NCBI GenBank assembly: GCA_019057375.1
Contig: DXJF01000028.1
Coordinates: 1-20,347, forward strand
Length of the DNA: 20,347 nt
Origin: Candidatus Heimdallarchaeota archaeon
GTDB lineage: Archaea; Asgardarchaeota; Heimdallarchaeia; Heimdallarchaeales; Heimdallarchaeaceae
Direction: 5' to 3'
Positions 8,901-16,143 of this stretch are shown here, piece after piece. Position numbers and translations under genes: made by a program. Position 1 is the first letter of the stretch; each line of letters starts with the position of its first letter. The notes beneath the pieces were generated by a model. That model saw nothing but the letters and a program-made list of their open reading frames with translations, was not told the origin of the DNA and did not search any database.

Positions 8901-10299
8901 AAGTGACCATTTTTCTAATCGAACGATTTATTCTCTTATGAAAGATTGCATAGACTATTCCTAGGAAAGCTAATGGGACAATAATTGCTGACCAATATTT
9001 TATCCAAAAATAAGCGAAAGATGAGTATCCTTTTAATGCAAATAATAAAGGCGTTACTGGAACATAAACATCTAAATCAGTATAGATTTTCAGTGAATAA
9101 ATGTATTTATCGATGAATCTGTATTCCTCAATTTCCTTTGATTCTATTTTGGAAAAATAATGACCAGCATACGAACCATTAGCCATTATAAAACAACTAA
9201 AAGAAACATATGGATAATCTGTACTATATTCATCGATTACTATTTTTTCCTGTTGTAGAGTTTGGTTATCATCCATTATTACTGTAAAAGTTTTGGCAGT
9301 GTTATCATAATTTCTGCTACTATTAGGATATTCAAGATAGAAGAAATCAGATTCTATATAGGTAATGTATGTGTAATTTTCATAGGAGAAGATTTCGAAA
9401 GTCCCCCAGAAATAATCATCAAGATTAATATGCCTAAAAGAGTTATCATCAATTGTTTCATTGATACCAAATTTAGTTGCAGAAACAACTCTTTCAGTCA
9501 TCATAACTAAATAGAACTTCTTATCTGTACTTACAGTAATTTGAGCACTGAACCATCTTACATCAAGCTCATAGACTGTAGAATTAAAATGACCAGAATC
9601 CGTTAATCCAACTAGATATAGAGTTATGGTCTCATATGTTGCATTATAATTATAACTTTGATAAAATGCAAATACTTGATTCTCAACTACTAAAAGTTCA
9701 CTAAGGTTATATAGTGGATATGGAAGATTATGAATTTTGAGGATTTCAGTTCCATTAAAGAAATGTCTTATGTGATTAATTCTTGTTTCAACATAATTTA
9801 TAGTTCTAGGAAGCAAAAGATGGTAACTGTTCTCGTCTTGAAAAACACCTATATTGTAATATTCCTCATGAGAAGTGTATAAGGTGGTTGTTGATGAACT
9901 ACCAGTGTTCCAGTTATACACTTTCAACACTGTTCCATAAATTTGACCTCTATAGGCATAGAATAATGAAACAGAACCATTGAGCTCTTTTACTTCAAAA
10001 AGCTCAGAGGAATAATAATCTCTTTCTAGCTCATAAATTATATTCTCAAAGACATGAAAAATTGCAAAGGTTCCATTATGGAAGTTCATTTGCATAAAGA
10101 AGTGAGATTGATTGAAACTATCAACAACTGTTTCAGTTTGAATGTAGCTAACATCTTTAGTATTTTTAGTAAGCATGATATTTTCATTAATTGATGGAGT
10201 TGCGAGAGCATTAGAATACTGTGTGGATACAGTAGAAAGCGCCATTACCAAGATAATTGAAAATACAATTCCCTTTGAGAAACTTCTCTTCATAGTCAT
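5983..10299 (-). CDS. Giant FtsX/MacB-type ABC permease with an N-terminal extracellular beta-rich domain and a duplicated FtsX core (1438 aa; start at 10299 or 10293)
   Basis: Signal peptide (aa ~5-33), ectodomain of ~390 aa, TM at aa ~428-453, then a roughly 10-TM two-fold FtsX architecture with two extracytoplasmic loops. Family motifs: LVEGRLPSQTNEVLIS, EQEIRILSSKGVS, YGGSDIYI, IMKKIGLPTNRI, ELFIACILPGLAIG. Directly upstream of the ABC ATPase. Confidence 0.88.
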   Translation of the reverse strand: MTMKRSFSKGIVFSIILVMALSTVSTQYSNALATPSINENIMLTKNTKDVSYIQTETVVDSFNQSHFFMQMNFHNGTFAIFHVFENIIYELERDYYSSELFEVKELNGSVSLFYAYRGQIYGTVLKVYNWNTGSSSTTTLYTSHEEYYNIGVFQDENSYHLLLPRTINYVETRINHIRHFFNGTEILKIHNLPYPLYNLSELLVVENQVFAFYQSYNYNATYETITLYLVGLTDSGHFNSTVYELDVRWFSAQITVSTDKKFYLVMMTERVVSATKFGINETIDDNSFRHINLDDYFWGTFEIFSYENYTYITYIESDFFYLEYPNSSRNYDNTAKTFTVIMDDNQTLQQEKIVIDEYSTDYPYVSFSCFIMANGSYAGHYFSKIESKEIEEYRFIDKYIYSLKIYTDLDVYVPVTPLLFALKGYSSFAYFWIKYWSAIIVPLAFLGIVYAIFHKRINRSIRKMVTFLTRPIVPNMEKWKLILFNLWLFIKNSSNLIFILWKANKKRLLISLLGLTILASIIVTSTTLFDSKRNTLVMQYVESANLNHDNDLSLMYNFNLIETSESAQNFINENYTEMAMSAIMNRITTSTSLFASIIAGYNYAYESYLISYNFSSGDDDHLPIVYFGAQQNYSSVINQLLVEGRLPSQTNEVLISSYASDYYNIKVDDVLVVNSSSDAGFVDFSKMNLTVVGVYSEPPHSLLETICEAHNLPSDPISSISYSYFPTLITFTPYYLENFENISTYSFDLMGRVQFQYDFSSFDPKDLEVLIDEINQIRDDGPFRFVFDQDGTWEVLGELVYTFSGIGFEMQTTQFLIIFLSIPILYLALFLTFEVNEIFSTSFEQEIRILSSKGVSTGMITFIYSSMKFFESLVATFLGFGVNMLLLPALLKINKFVTFDSPIYSLNLVSLPAAMSATFLLLVIISVPRIITISKTKKKVEKPPRKFIQLMKNIKFHYFLTIGFGAGLTTLSYWLLSIYAFDIVSESGSALLVIFIYLMGIGVMIALLGTGLLIREIHKILMIALSKTAWVIRKNLFSLSLVEIRSDIKLFNNTFLTYIILVSLVIPFAISPMLIQDKTKAEAYFYGGSDIYITNWDDYNASLATELLGYSEIVSITNVSQIKGSYHWNNFEFFLLNDTEDYLSTAYKPKKNLFEDWDSTIVQLNNTKRMLVSEPFHKYLADEEDIYYFVREGPVNDTLIQYNIVSNFNYFPIVYDEGSDEQNDPYLPSEIYSLVMTLESFLLIADLIEINERTFERLLINIKDGVNQEEFATKLKTDLGLEVQTTNEMADVRLFNLIPFYSVLVAEFVFGIIICIAAVVFTSLSNPLKILQRRVVKHDIMKKIGLPTNRIVFLSAMELFIACILPGLAIGAAGGYGLLRLFSWIFISPPYSGGLPFKTIIPYHVGLVIFLGIPLLFYSIFIVSMKRNFAKYRPKNLE

Positions 10300-10408
10300 G
10301 GTTCATCATCTGTTGAATATAAATTTAATCTACATTAAATAAAGTCTTTAAAAAAACTGTTTGTGTATATTCAAACACATTTTGACTCTTACTTTCTTTA
10401 GAAAAATT

Positions 10409-11017
10409 TCATCCAAACACATGATTTATTGAGAATTTATCAAAGAAGAATACTCCGTAATATGTAGCTAGAGCGAAAATGATCCCTAGAATTACAGCTA
10501 CTAAATAAACTATGTAATCATTAGTGTCGATTGGCTGTTCTATTTTTCTAACAGTAAGATATGTTGTTGTTCCCAAAATACCAGCAACAATGAAGTAGAC
10601 AATAGTCAATGCTAGAAAAATCGAAAACCCATGAGTTTTTTCTAATGATATATATGGAATTATTTTTACTGCATTTACTATTAGTGGAATAATTACTCCT
10701 AATTGAATAGCTGTTAAAATAATATAATCGCCATTTTTCTTCTTCTTTAAGGAGTAAAGCCACAATAGGTTAAACCCATATGAAAGGAGTATAACAAAAA
10801 ATCCTGCTGATATCAAGAAAACTATTGCTTGAATTACAGAATGCCATACTGTATAATAGTCTATAAAAAACGCTCCTACAAATGTTGCAGGACCAAGAAT
10901 CAAGCTTGCAACAATTAAATAAGGATTAGTATACCAAGACTTATTCAATTTCCGAATTTCTTCACTAACTACATCCTCTTCCTCAGGTTGAATCTCTATG
11001 CTTGGTTCTTTGCTCAT
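10409..11017 (-). CDS. Hypothetical integral membrane protein (5-6 predicted TM helices)
   Basis: 202-aa ORF with an acidic N-terminus and repeated hydrophobic stretches separated by short charged loops. No motif recognised. Confidence 0.75.
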   Translation of the reverse strand: MSKEPSIEIQPEEEDVVSEEIRKLNKSWYTNPYLIVASLILGPATFVGAFFIDYYTVWHSVIQAIVFLISAGFFVILLSYGFNLLWLYSLKKKKNGDYIILTAIQLGVIIPLIVNAVKIIPYISLEKTHGFSIFLALTIVYFIVAGILGTTTYLTVRKIEQPIDTNDYIVYLVAVILGIIFALATYYGVFFFDKFSINHVFG

Positions 11018-11041
11018 TATTCAATTAGGAAATTGAGACGA

Positions 11042-11098
11042 TAATAAATCTATCGAAGAAACCAGAAACTTGAGTATTTTTGAGAGAAACAATTAAAA
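11042..11098. promoter_or_regulatory. Candidate back-to-back TATA-like boxes for the divergent membrane-protein and kinase genes
   Basis: Minus-strand TTTATTAT (11048-11041) lies about 25-30 nt before ATG 11017. Plus-strand AATTAAAA (11091-11098) lies about 23-30 nt before ATG 11121. Neither gene has an obvious SD, consistent with leaderless transcripts. Confidence 0.3.
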
Positions 11099-11120
11099 CA
11101 ACTATTCAACAGTTTGAGCT

Positions 11121-12146
11121 ATGGAAATCGATAACTCAGTGTATGGAGTCTTAAATTATCAACAACTAGAAAATTTCTGTAAAAGGATGTCTATTAACGC
11201 TGAGAATCTCAAAGCAAATTTTGATGGATGGCGCAAATTAATTCTGTTTAGTGAGGATAAAGTATTTCTTTTTCCACGGGACCCTAGAGGAGTTGAATGG
11301 CTTGATGTTGAGATCCAAGCATATGAAGTTCTTAATGAGTTCAACGATCTTCCCGTTCCCATTCTATTTGAAAGAGTAAAAGATGATACTATTTCTTACT
11401 ATGAATTTGCGATGGTTTCCAGGTTAAAAGGTACAGCTTATTCAAAATTTGAATCGGGACTTCCCTTTAGAAGTGTTACTAAAATGTTGCAGAATCTCGC
11501 AAATCTTTTTGCTTCTTGGCATAATATCCCATTAGAATCTATACCTCAAAAAATAAAAGAAAGAGGGCTATTTGATCCAAAATTGTATGAGTGGGAAATT
11601 AAAACCTTAAATCATACAACAATGAAGGAATCTCTTTCATCCACCTATAGGATATTGGAAGATTATCTAAATAAACAAGGTCAAGAATTAGGAAAAGAAT
11701 TTCTTTCAAAAGATACCGTAGACTTATGGTTTTATGTTTTAGAGGAAGTTGTAGCTTTATCACCTGTTTTTCTTCATGGTGACATTCATGAAGATCGAAT
11801 CCTGATAGATTCAGAAGAAAACATGGAAATTACTGGAATTCTAGACTGGGAAACTGCATGGATTGGGAATCCAGTTTGGGAATTTAACTTCTTTGAGTGG
11901 GGATATGGAATATGGAAATGGAGAAAGAATTTTAACGATTTCAGAAGAATGATGTGGGAAACCTATCTTTCCAAGAGGAAAATAAAATTAGAATCTTTAG
12001 AGGGATTAAATCTCTTTTATGCTTTATCAGAATTTCTAAGAAGTCTAGAAGCACCTATTGCTAAAAATGATAAATCCATAGATATAAGTCTATTAAGTTT
12101 GGCAGAAGTTACTCAAAAAATAAGAAAAGAAGTAAATTATGGGTGA
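11121..12146 (+). CDS. Aminoglycoside phosphotransferase / choline kinase-like (APH superfamily) protein
   Basis: Motifs DGWRK (Gly loop), VFLFPR, E-x-x-x-Y (helix C), LPVP, FLHGDIHEDRIL (Brenner motif) and ITGILDWETAWIGNPVWEF. Confidence 0.88.
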   Translation: MEIDNSVYGVLNYQQLENFCKRMSINAENLKANFDGWRKLILFSEDKVFLFPRDPRGVEWLDVEIQAYEVLNEFNDLPVPILFERVKDDTISYYEFAMVSRLKGTAYSKFESGLPFRSVTKMLQNLANLFASWHNIPLESIPQKIKERGLFDPKLYEWEIKTLNHTTMKESLSSTYRILEDYLNKQGQELGKEFLSKDTVDLWFYVLEEVVALSPVFLHGDIHEDRILIDSEENMEITGILDWETAWIGNPVWEFNFFEWGYGIWKWRKNFNDFRRMMWETYLSKRKIKLESLEGLNLFYALSEFLRSLEAPIAKNDKSIDISLLSLAEVTQKIRKEVNYG

Positions 12147-14284
12147 CCCATACCACCCATTCCTCCATCCTTTCGTTTCATCTTTTTCTTCATTTCTTTA
12201 ACTTCTTCTGTTTTTCCATCTTTCTTCATTTCTTGAAGATGCTTCTTAATCTGCTTTTTATCTAGTTTTCCTCCAGCCATAGATCCTTTTCCTGGACCTG
12301 ACATAGCAGCTGACATTCCAGTTGGTACAGCCATTGGTTTTTGCTGTTCAACTTCTAGGGTTTCAGGTTCAAGTTCTTCTACAGAGAGTTCAATATCTTC
12401 AAGACCTTGATGAACATAATAGGTATTATAGAGGTCTGCATAGACACCATCCTTCTTCATCAATTCTTCATGAGAACCAACTTCTACTAGTTCTCCTTGT
12501 TCAAGAACTATTATTCTATTTGCATCTCTAATTGTGGAAAGTCTATGTGCAATTACAAAAGTGGTTCTTGCCTTGAACAATTCTCTTTGAGCAGCTTGAA
12601 CTAAACTTTCAGAATATGCATCTAGTCTAGAAGTAGCTTCATCAAGAACTAAGATTCTGGGATTAGCTAACATAGTTCGAGCAATTGTTATTATTTGACG
12701 TTGTCCGGAAGATAGCTTTTTTCCGCCTTCTACGACTTTAGTATCATAACCATTAGGTAATGCTTCTATGAATTGATCTGCATTAATCATCTTACTAATC
12801 TTTTTCACATCTTCCTCAGTAGCATTAAGTGAACCATAGAGAATATTCTCCATAACCGTCCCACTAAATAAGAAGGGCTCTTGAGTAACAAGACCAATTG
12901 TTTCTCTTAATGAAGACTGATTGACAGTTCGAATATCTTGAGAACCTATTAGAATTGATCCTTCTTGAACATCATAGAACCTAGTTAAGAGAGATGAGAA
13001 TAGGGTTGTTTTACCAGCTCCTGTATGCCCGACACATGCAATAAGTTCTCCAGATTTTGCAGTAAAATTAATGTTTTTCACAACATAATTATCTTCAACA
13101 TATGCAAAACTTACATTCTGGAAACTTACACTATCATCTCCTTCTATTAAATCTCTAGCTCCTTCAATATCAGCAACAGCTGGTTTAGCTTCGAAAACAT
13201 CAATGATTCTATCCATTGCACCAAAAGCGGTTTCCATTTGTGGAAATATCATGGCTAGCATTACTATAGGAAAGAGAAACTGTTGTGATAAATTAACAGC
13301 TAAATAAATATCTCCTGGTGGAAGATTAAGCCCACCACTTGCATAAATTATTACAATGAATAATAGATAACTTAATGCTGTCATCGTCGGCATAATGAAC
13401 ATCATGAGCATACCAAATTGTTTGGAAAAATTGTAGTGTTTCTGATTTAGTTCTCTTAGTTCTGTAGCTAGTTCTTCTTCACGATTAAACGATTTAGCCA
13501 CTGCTATACCACTAATTCCTTCTGCCATTTTACCAGAAACAGATCCAAAAGCTCTTCTTATTCTAAGAACAATTCTTCTGCCAAATTTACTTAGTACTGT
13601 ACTCATCATGAAAGCAATTGGAATTGCAGCTAAGGATATTAATCCAATAACCCAGCTTTGTAGCATCAACAGAGTGAAAGCTCCAATGATGAGTATAATT
13701 TGCGAGCCTAACATTGTAAGTAGGTGTATTCCTGTTGCAAGTTCTGTGGTATCTGATGTTACTCTCGCAGTTATGTTTCCTGATTGTTCATTTTTTAAAT
13801 AAGCCATATCGGAATAACTTAGTTTCCTGTAAAGATCACCTCTTACGTCATGAAGCATTCGAGAATTCATCTTTGCAGTTACTCTTGTTGAAAGAGAATT
13901 GAATATCCAACTTATTACAGTGATGGCTAAGAAGGCAATAGTTAAAGGAATCAATTGCTGGAATTGCTGAGCTCCGACTGGAATGGGGTCAACTCGTTTT
14001 TGAATTTGAACAAATTCTCCAGTACCTAATTGAGTGAAAAACAGTCCAATCACATAGAAGAATGATTTGTATGATAAATCATTAAGAGCATTCAATCCAT
14101 TCTTAATAATTATAGGATTTACTAAGGCAGTTAAAGAATAGAACAATATCAGAAGAGTTGCCAAAATGAGTGGGGTGAGATATCTACGTATATATATCCA
14201 AAGACTACTAACCAAAACTTTTGTTGATCTAGCTCTCTTGTAAGGCTTTTCTTGGAACAGTCTTACAGCTCTACCATGACCCAT
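12137..14284 (-). CDS. Type IV ABC exporter half-transporter (TMD-NBD), consensus-site subunit of a heterodimer (TM288/TmrA-like)
   Basis: Six-TM TMD with SGNITARVTSDT. NBD has GHTGAGKTT, LVTQEPFLFSGTV, signature LSSGQRQ, Walker B ILVLDEATSRLD and switch IAHRLST. Long low-complexity C-terminal tail. TAATG overlap with the upstream gene and GGAGGT SD. Confidence 0.93.
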   Translation of the reverse strand: MGHGRAVRLFQEKPYKRARSTKVLVSSLWIYIRRYLTPLILATLLILFYSLTALVNPIIIKNGLNALNDLSYKSFFYVIGLFFTQLGTGEFVQIQKRVDPIPVGAQQFQQLIPLTIAFLAITVISWIFNSLSTRVTAKMNSRMLHDVRGDLYRKLSYSDMAYLKNEQSGNITARVTSDTTELATGIHLLTMLGSQIILIIGAFTLLMLQSWVIGLISLAAIPIAFMMSTVLSKFGRRIVLRIRRAFGSVSGKMAEGISGIAVAKSFNREEELATELRELNQKHYNFSKQFGMLMMFIMPTMTALSYLLFIVIIYASGGLNLPPGDIYLAVNLSQQFLFPIVMLAMIFPQMETAFGAMDRIIDVFEAKPAVADIEGARDLIEGDDSVSFQNVSFAYVEDNYVVKNINFTAKSGELIACVGHTGAGKTTLFSSLLTRFYDVQEGSILIGSQDIRTVNQSSLRETIGLVTQEPFLFSGTVMENILYGSLNATEEDVKKISKMINADQFIEALPNGYDTKVVEGGKKLSSGQRQIITIARTMLANPRILVLDEATSRLDAYSESLVQAAQRELFKARTTFVIAHRLSTIRDANRIIVLEQGELVEVGSHEELMKKDGVYADLYNTYYVHQGLEDIELSVEELEPETLEVEQQKPMAVPTGMSAAMSGPGKGSMAGGKLDKKQIKKHLQEMKKDGKTEEVKEMKKKMKRKDGGMGGMGHP

Positions 14285-16143
14285 TATTTTCTACCTCCTT
14301 CTACAACATCAACATCCTCACACACACCTAGGGATTCAGACATTGGTAAGTGTTGACACATGAACTGATAATCAGGACACCTTTGAAGTAATTCTGAATG
14401 AGTTCCTATATCAACAACTTCTCCTCGTTTCATCAGAATAATCAAATCTGATGCAACTAGAGTCGTGAGTCTTTGAGTTACAACTATACTTGTTCTATCT
14501 TTCATCAATTCTTCCATAGCATATCTAAGTCTCAGTTCTGTTTTGATATCAACAGCACTTGTAGAATCATCAAGTAAAAGCAATCTTGGATCAGATAACA
14601 TTGCTCTTGCAATGGCAACTCTTTGTCTCTGCCCGCCCGATAATGTTACCCCCCGTTCGCCAATTATAGTTTCATATTTATCAGGAAGAGTTTCGATAAA
14701 AGGAGCAATCTGTGCTCGTTTGGCCGCTTCTCTGATTTCATCATCTGTGGCATCAGGTTTAGCAAAAGCAATATTGGCTCTCAGAGTGTCTGAAAACAAG
14801 AAAATGTCTTGTTCAACCATTGTTACATTTGAACGAACATAATTGGTATACATTGATTTTATAGATGTTCCATTAATTTCTATTTCTCCCTCGGATGGAT
14901 CATATAATCTAAGAAGCAATTTTAGAATTGTAGATTTTCCTGATCCAGGACCGCCTATTAAGGCAACTCTCGCTCCAGAAGGAATTGAAAAAGAAACATT
15001 TTTCAGAACTTTCTTTTCAGTTCCAGGATATGCAAAAGTGACATTATTAAAAGATATAACGTTTTCCCATTCTCCATCTTGATATTTATCTGGTTCACTT
15101 AGAGGATCTTTGAAAGCCATCTTGCTCCATAACCTCTTTGAATTTTGTAAACCAGCTTGTAAGGAAATCAATCTCATAGGTATCATGAAGTTTTGTCTAT
15201 TTAGCGACATTAATAGAGCCAGTGCAGAGATTAACATACCCACAGAATATTGTCCCATAACAGCCATATATAGTCCATAAGCAAACACGCCAGCAGCAGC
15301 TAGTATTGTAATTAAAGCGGGCCAGTAAAATGCGCTAAGATATCCTTCACGTTTCATATCTTCAGCATACTCTTCACTTTTAGTATTAAACTTGTCAATT
15401 TCTTTATCATGGTTATCAAAGGAACGAACAACATCTACTCCTCTGAACATTTCTTGTGAAATGGCAGAAAGATCAGCTAAATCTGTTGCTAGTTTCTTTC
15501 GTATTGGACCTACTTTTCTTGCATAAAACCAGGCGATTATCATGTAAAATACAAAAGCTCCAGCCATAATAGCTCCAATTAATAGATCAATCTGCCAAAG
15601 AAATACTGTTGTCAGTATAATTGTAGCCATTGAACTTAATAGCATTCTTACAGATGGATTAATAGCCATTCTAATCTGGTCAATCTCGTTCATCCCCATT
15701 GAAAGGATAACGCCAGAATCATGTTCATCGAAGAATGCCATCGAATGGTTTTGAATTACTTCATAAAACTCTTGTCTCATATCTCTTTGAACTCTATATG
15801 AAGCTATTGCCCACAAATAAACATTGAGACTTAAAGCTACCCAACTTGTTAGAACAAAAGTTATCATTAAACCTATAGCCCTAGTAAACTCTGGTGAAAA
15901 TGCATTTCCTGCATTTATTCCAATTATCATTTTGTCTATTGCTACACCGATCATAGATAGTGTCCAAATAGCCAAATATGTGTTAGCCATAAGCAAAATG
16001 AATGCAATTAAATATATTATTGGGTAGCGTGAAAAAGCTGACCAGAACCATCTATTAGCAGACTTGTATTTATTTAAAAGAGTTTTTTGCAAATCATAAT
16101 CGTAACTTTTGTCGATTTCTTTTTCTATGGTAGTTGTTGCCAT
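14284..16143 (-). CDS. Type IV ABC exporter half-transporter (TMD-NBD), degenerate-site subunit of a heterodimer (TM287/TmrB-like)
   Basis: TMD plus NBD with GGPGSGKST, VEQDIFLFSDT, LSGGQRQR, Walker B LLLLDD (E to D) and switch VTQR (H to Q). Confidence 0.93.
   Translation of the reverse strand: MATTTIEKEIDKSYDYDLQKTLLNKYKSANRWFWSAFSRYPIIYLIAFILLMANTYLAIWTLSMIGVAIDKMIIGINAGNAFSPEFTRAIGLMITFVLTSWVALSLNVYLWAIASYRVQRDMRQEFYEVIQNHSMAFFDEHDSGVILSMGMNEIDQIRMAINPSVRMLLSSMATIILTTVFLWQIDLLIGAIMAGAFVFYMIIAWFYARKVGPIRKKLATDLADLSAISQEMFRGVDVVRSFDNHDKEIDKFNTKSEEYAEDMKREGYLSAFYWPALITILAAAGVFAYGLYMAVMGQYSVGMLISALALLMSLNRQNFMIPMRLISLQAGLQNSKRLWSKMAFKDPLSEPDKYQDGEWENVISFNNVTFAYPGTEKKVLKNVSFSIPSGARVALIGGPGSGKSTILKLLLRLYDPSEGEIEINGTSIKSMYTNYVRSNVTMVEQDIFLFSDTLRANIAFAKPDATDDEIREAAKRAQIAPFIETLPDKYETIIGERGVTLSGGQRQRVAIARAMLSDPRLLLLDDSTSAVDIKTELRLRYAMEELMKDRTSIVVTQRLTTLVASDLIILMKRGEVVDIGTHSELLQRCPDYQFMCQHLPMSESLGVCEDVDVVEGGRK

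Noticed and set aside
4303-9510. Plus-strand ORFs 4303-4569, 8585-8941 and 9262-9510
   Set aside because: Antisense to the ABC ATPase and the giant permease, typical shadow ORFs.
10358-10422. Short inverted repeat TGTTTG-N8-CAAACA and a repeated CAAACACAT upstream of the giant permease
   Set aside because: Six- to nine-base matches are expected by chance in AT-rich DNA, and one copy lies in coding sequence.
10548-11362. ORFs 10548-10763 (-) and 11159-11362 (-)
   Set aside because: Alternative-frame or antisense overlaps of longer, better-supported genes.
11121-12146. Calling the APH-like gene an antibiotic-resistance gene
   Set aside because: The superfamily has many non-antibiotic substrates, and key residues here are atypical, so no substrate can be assigned from sequence.
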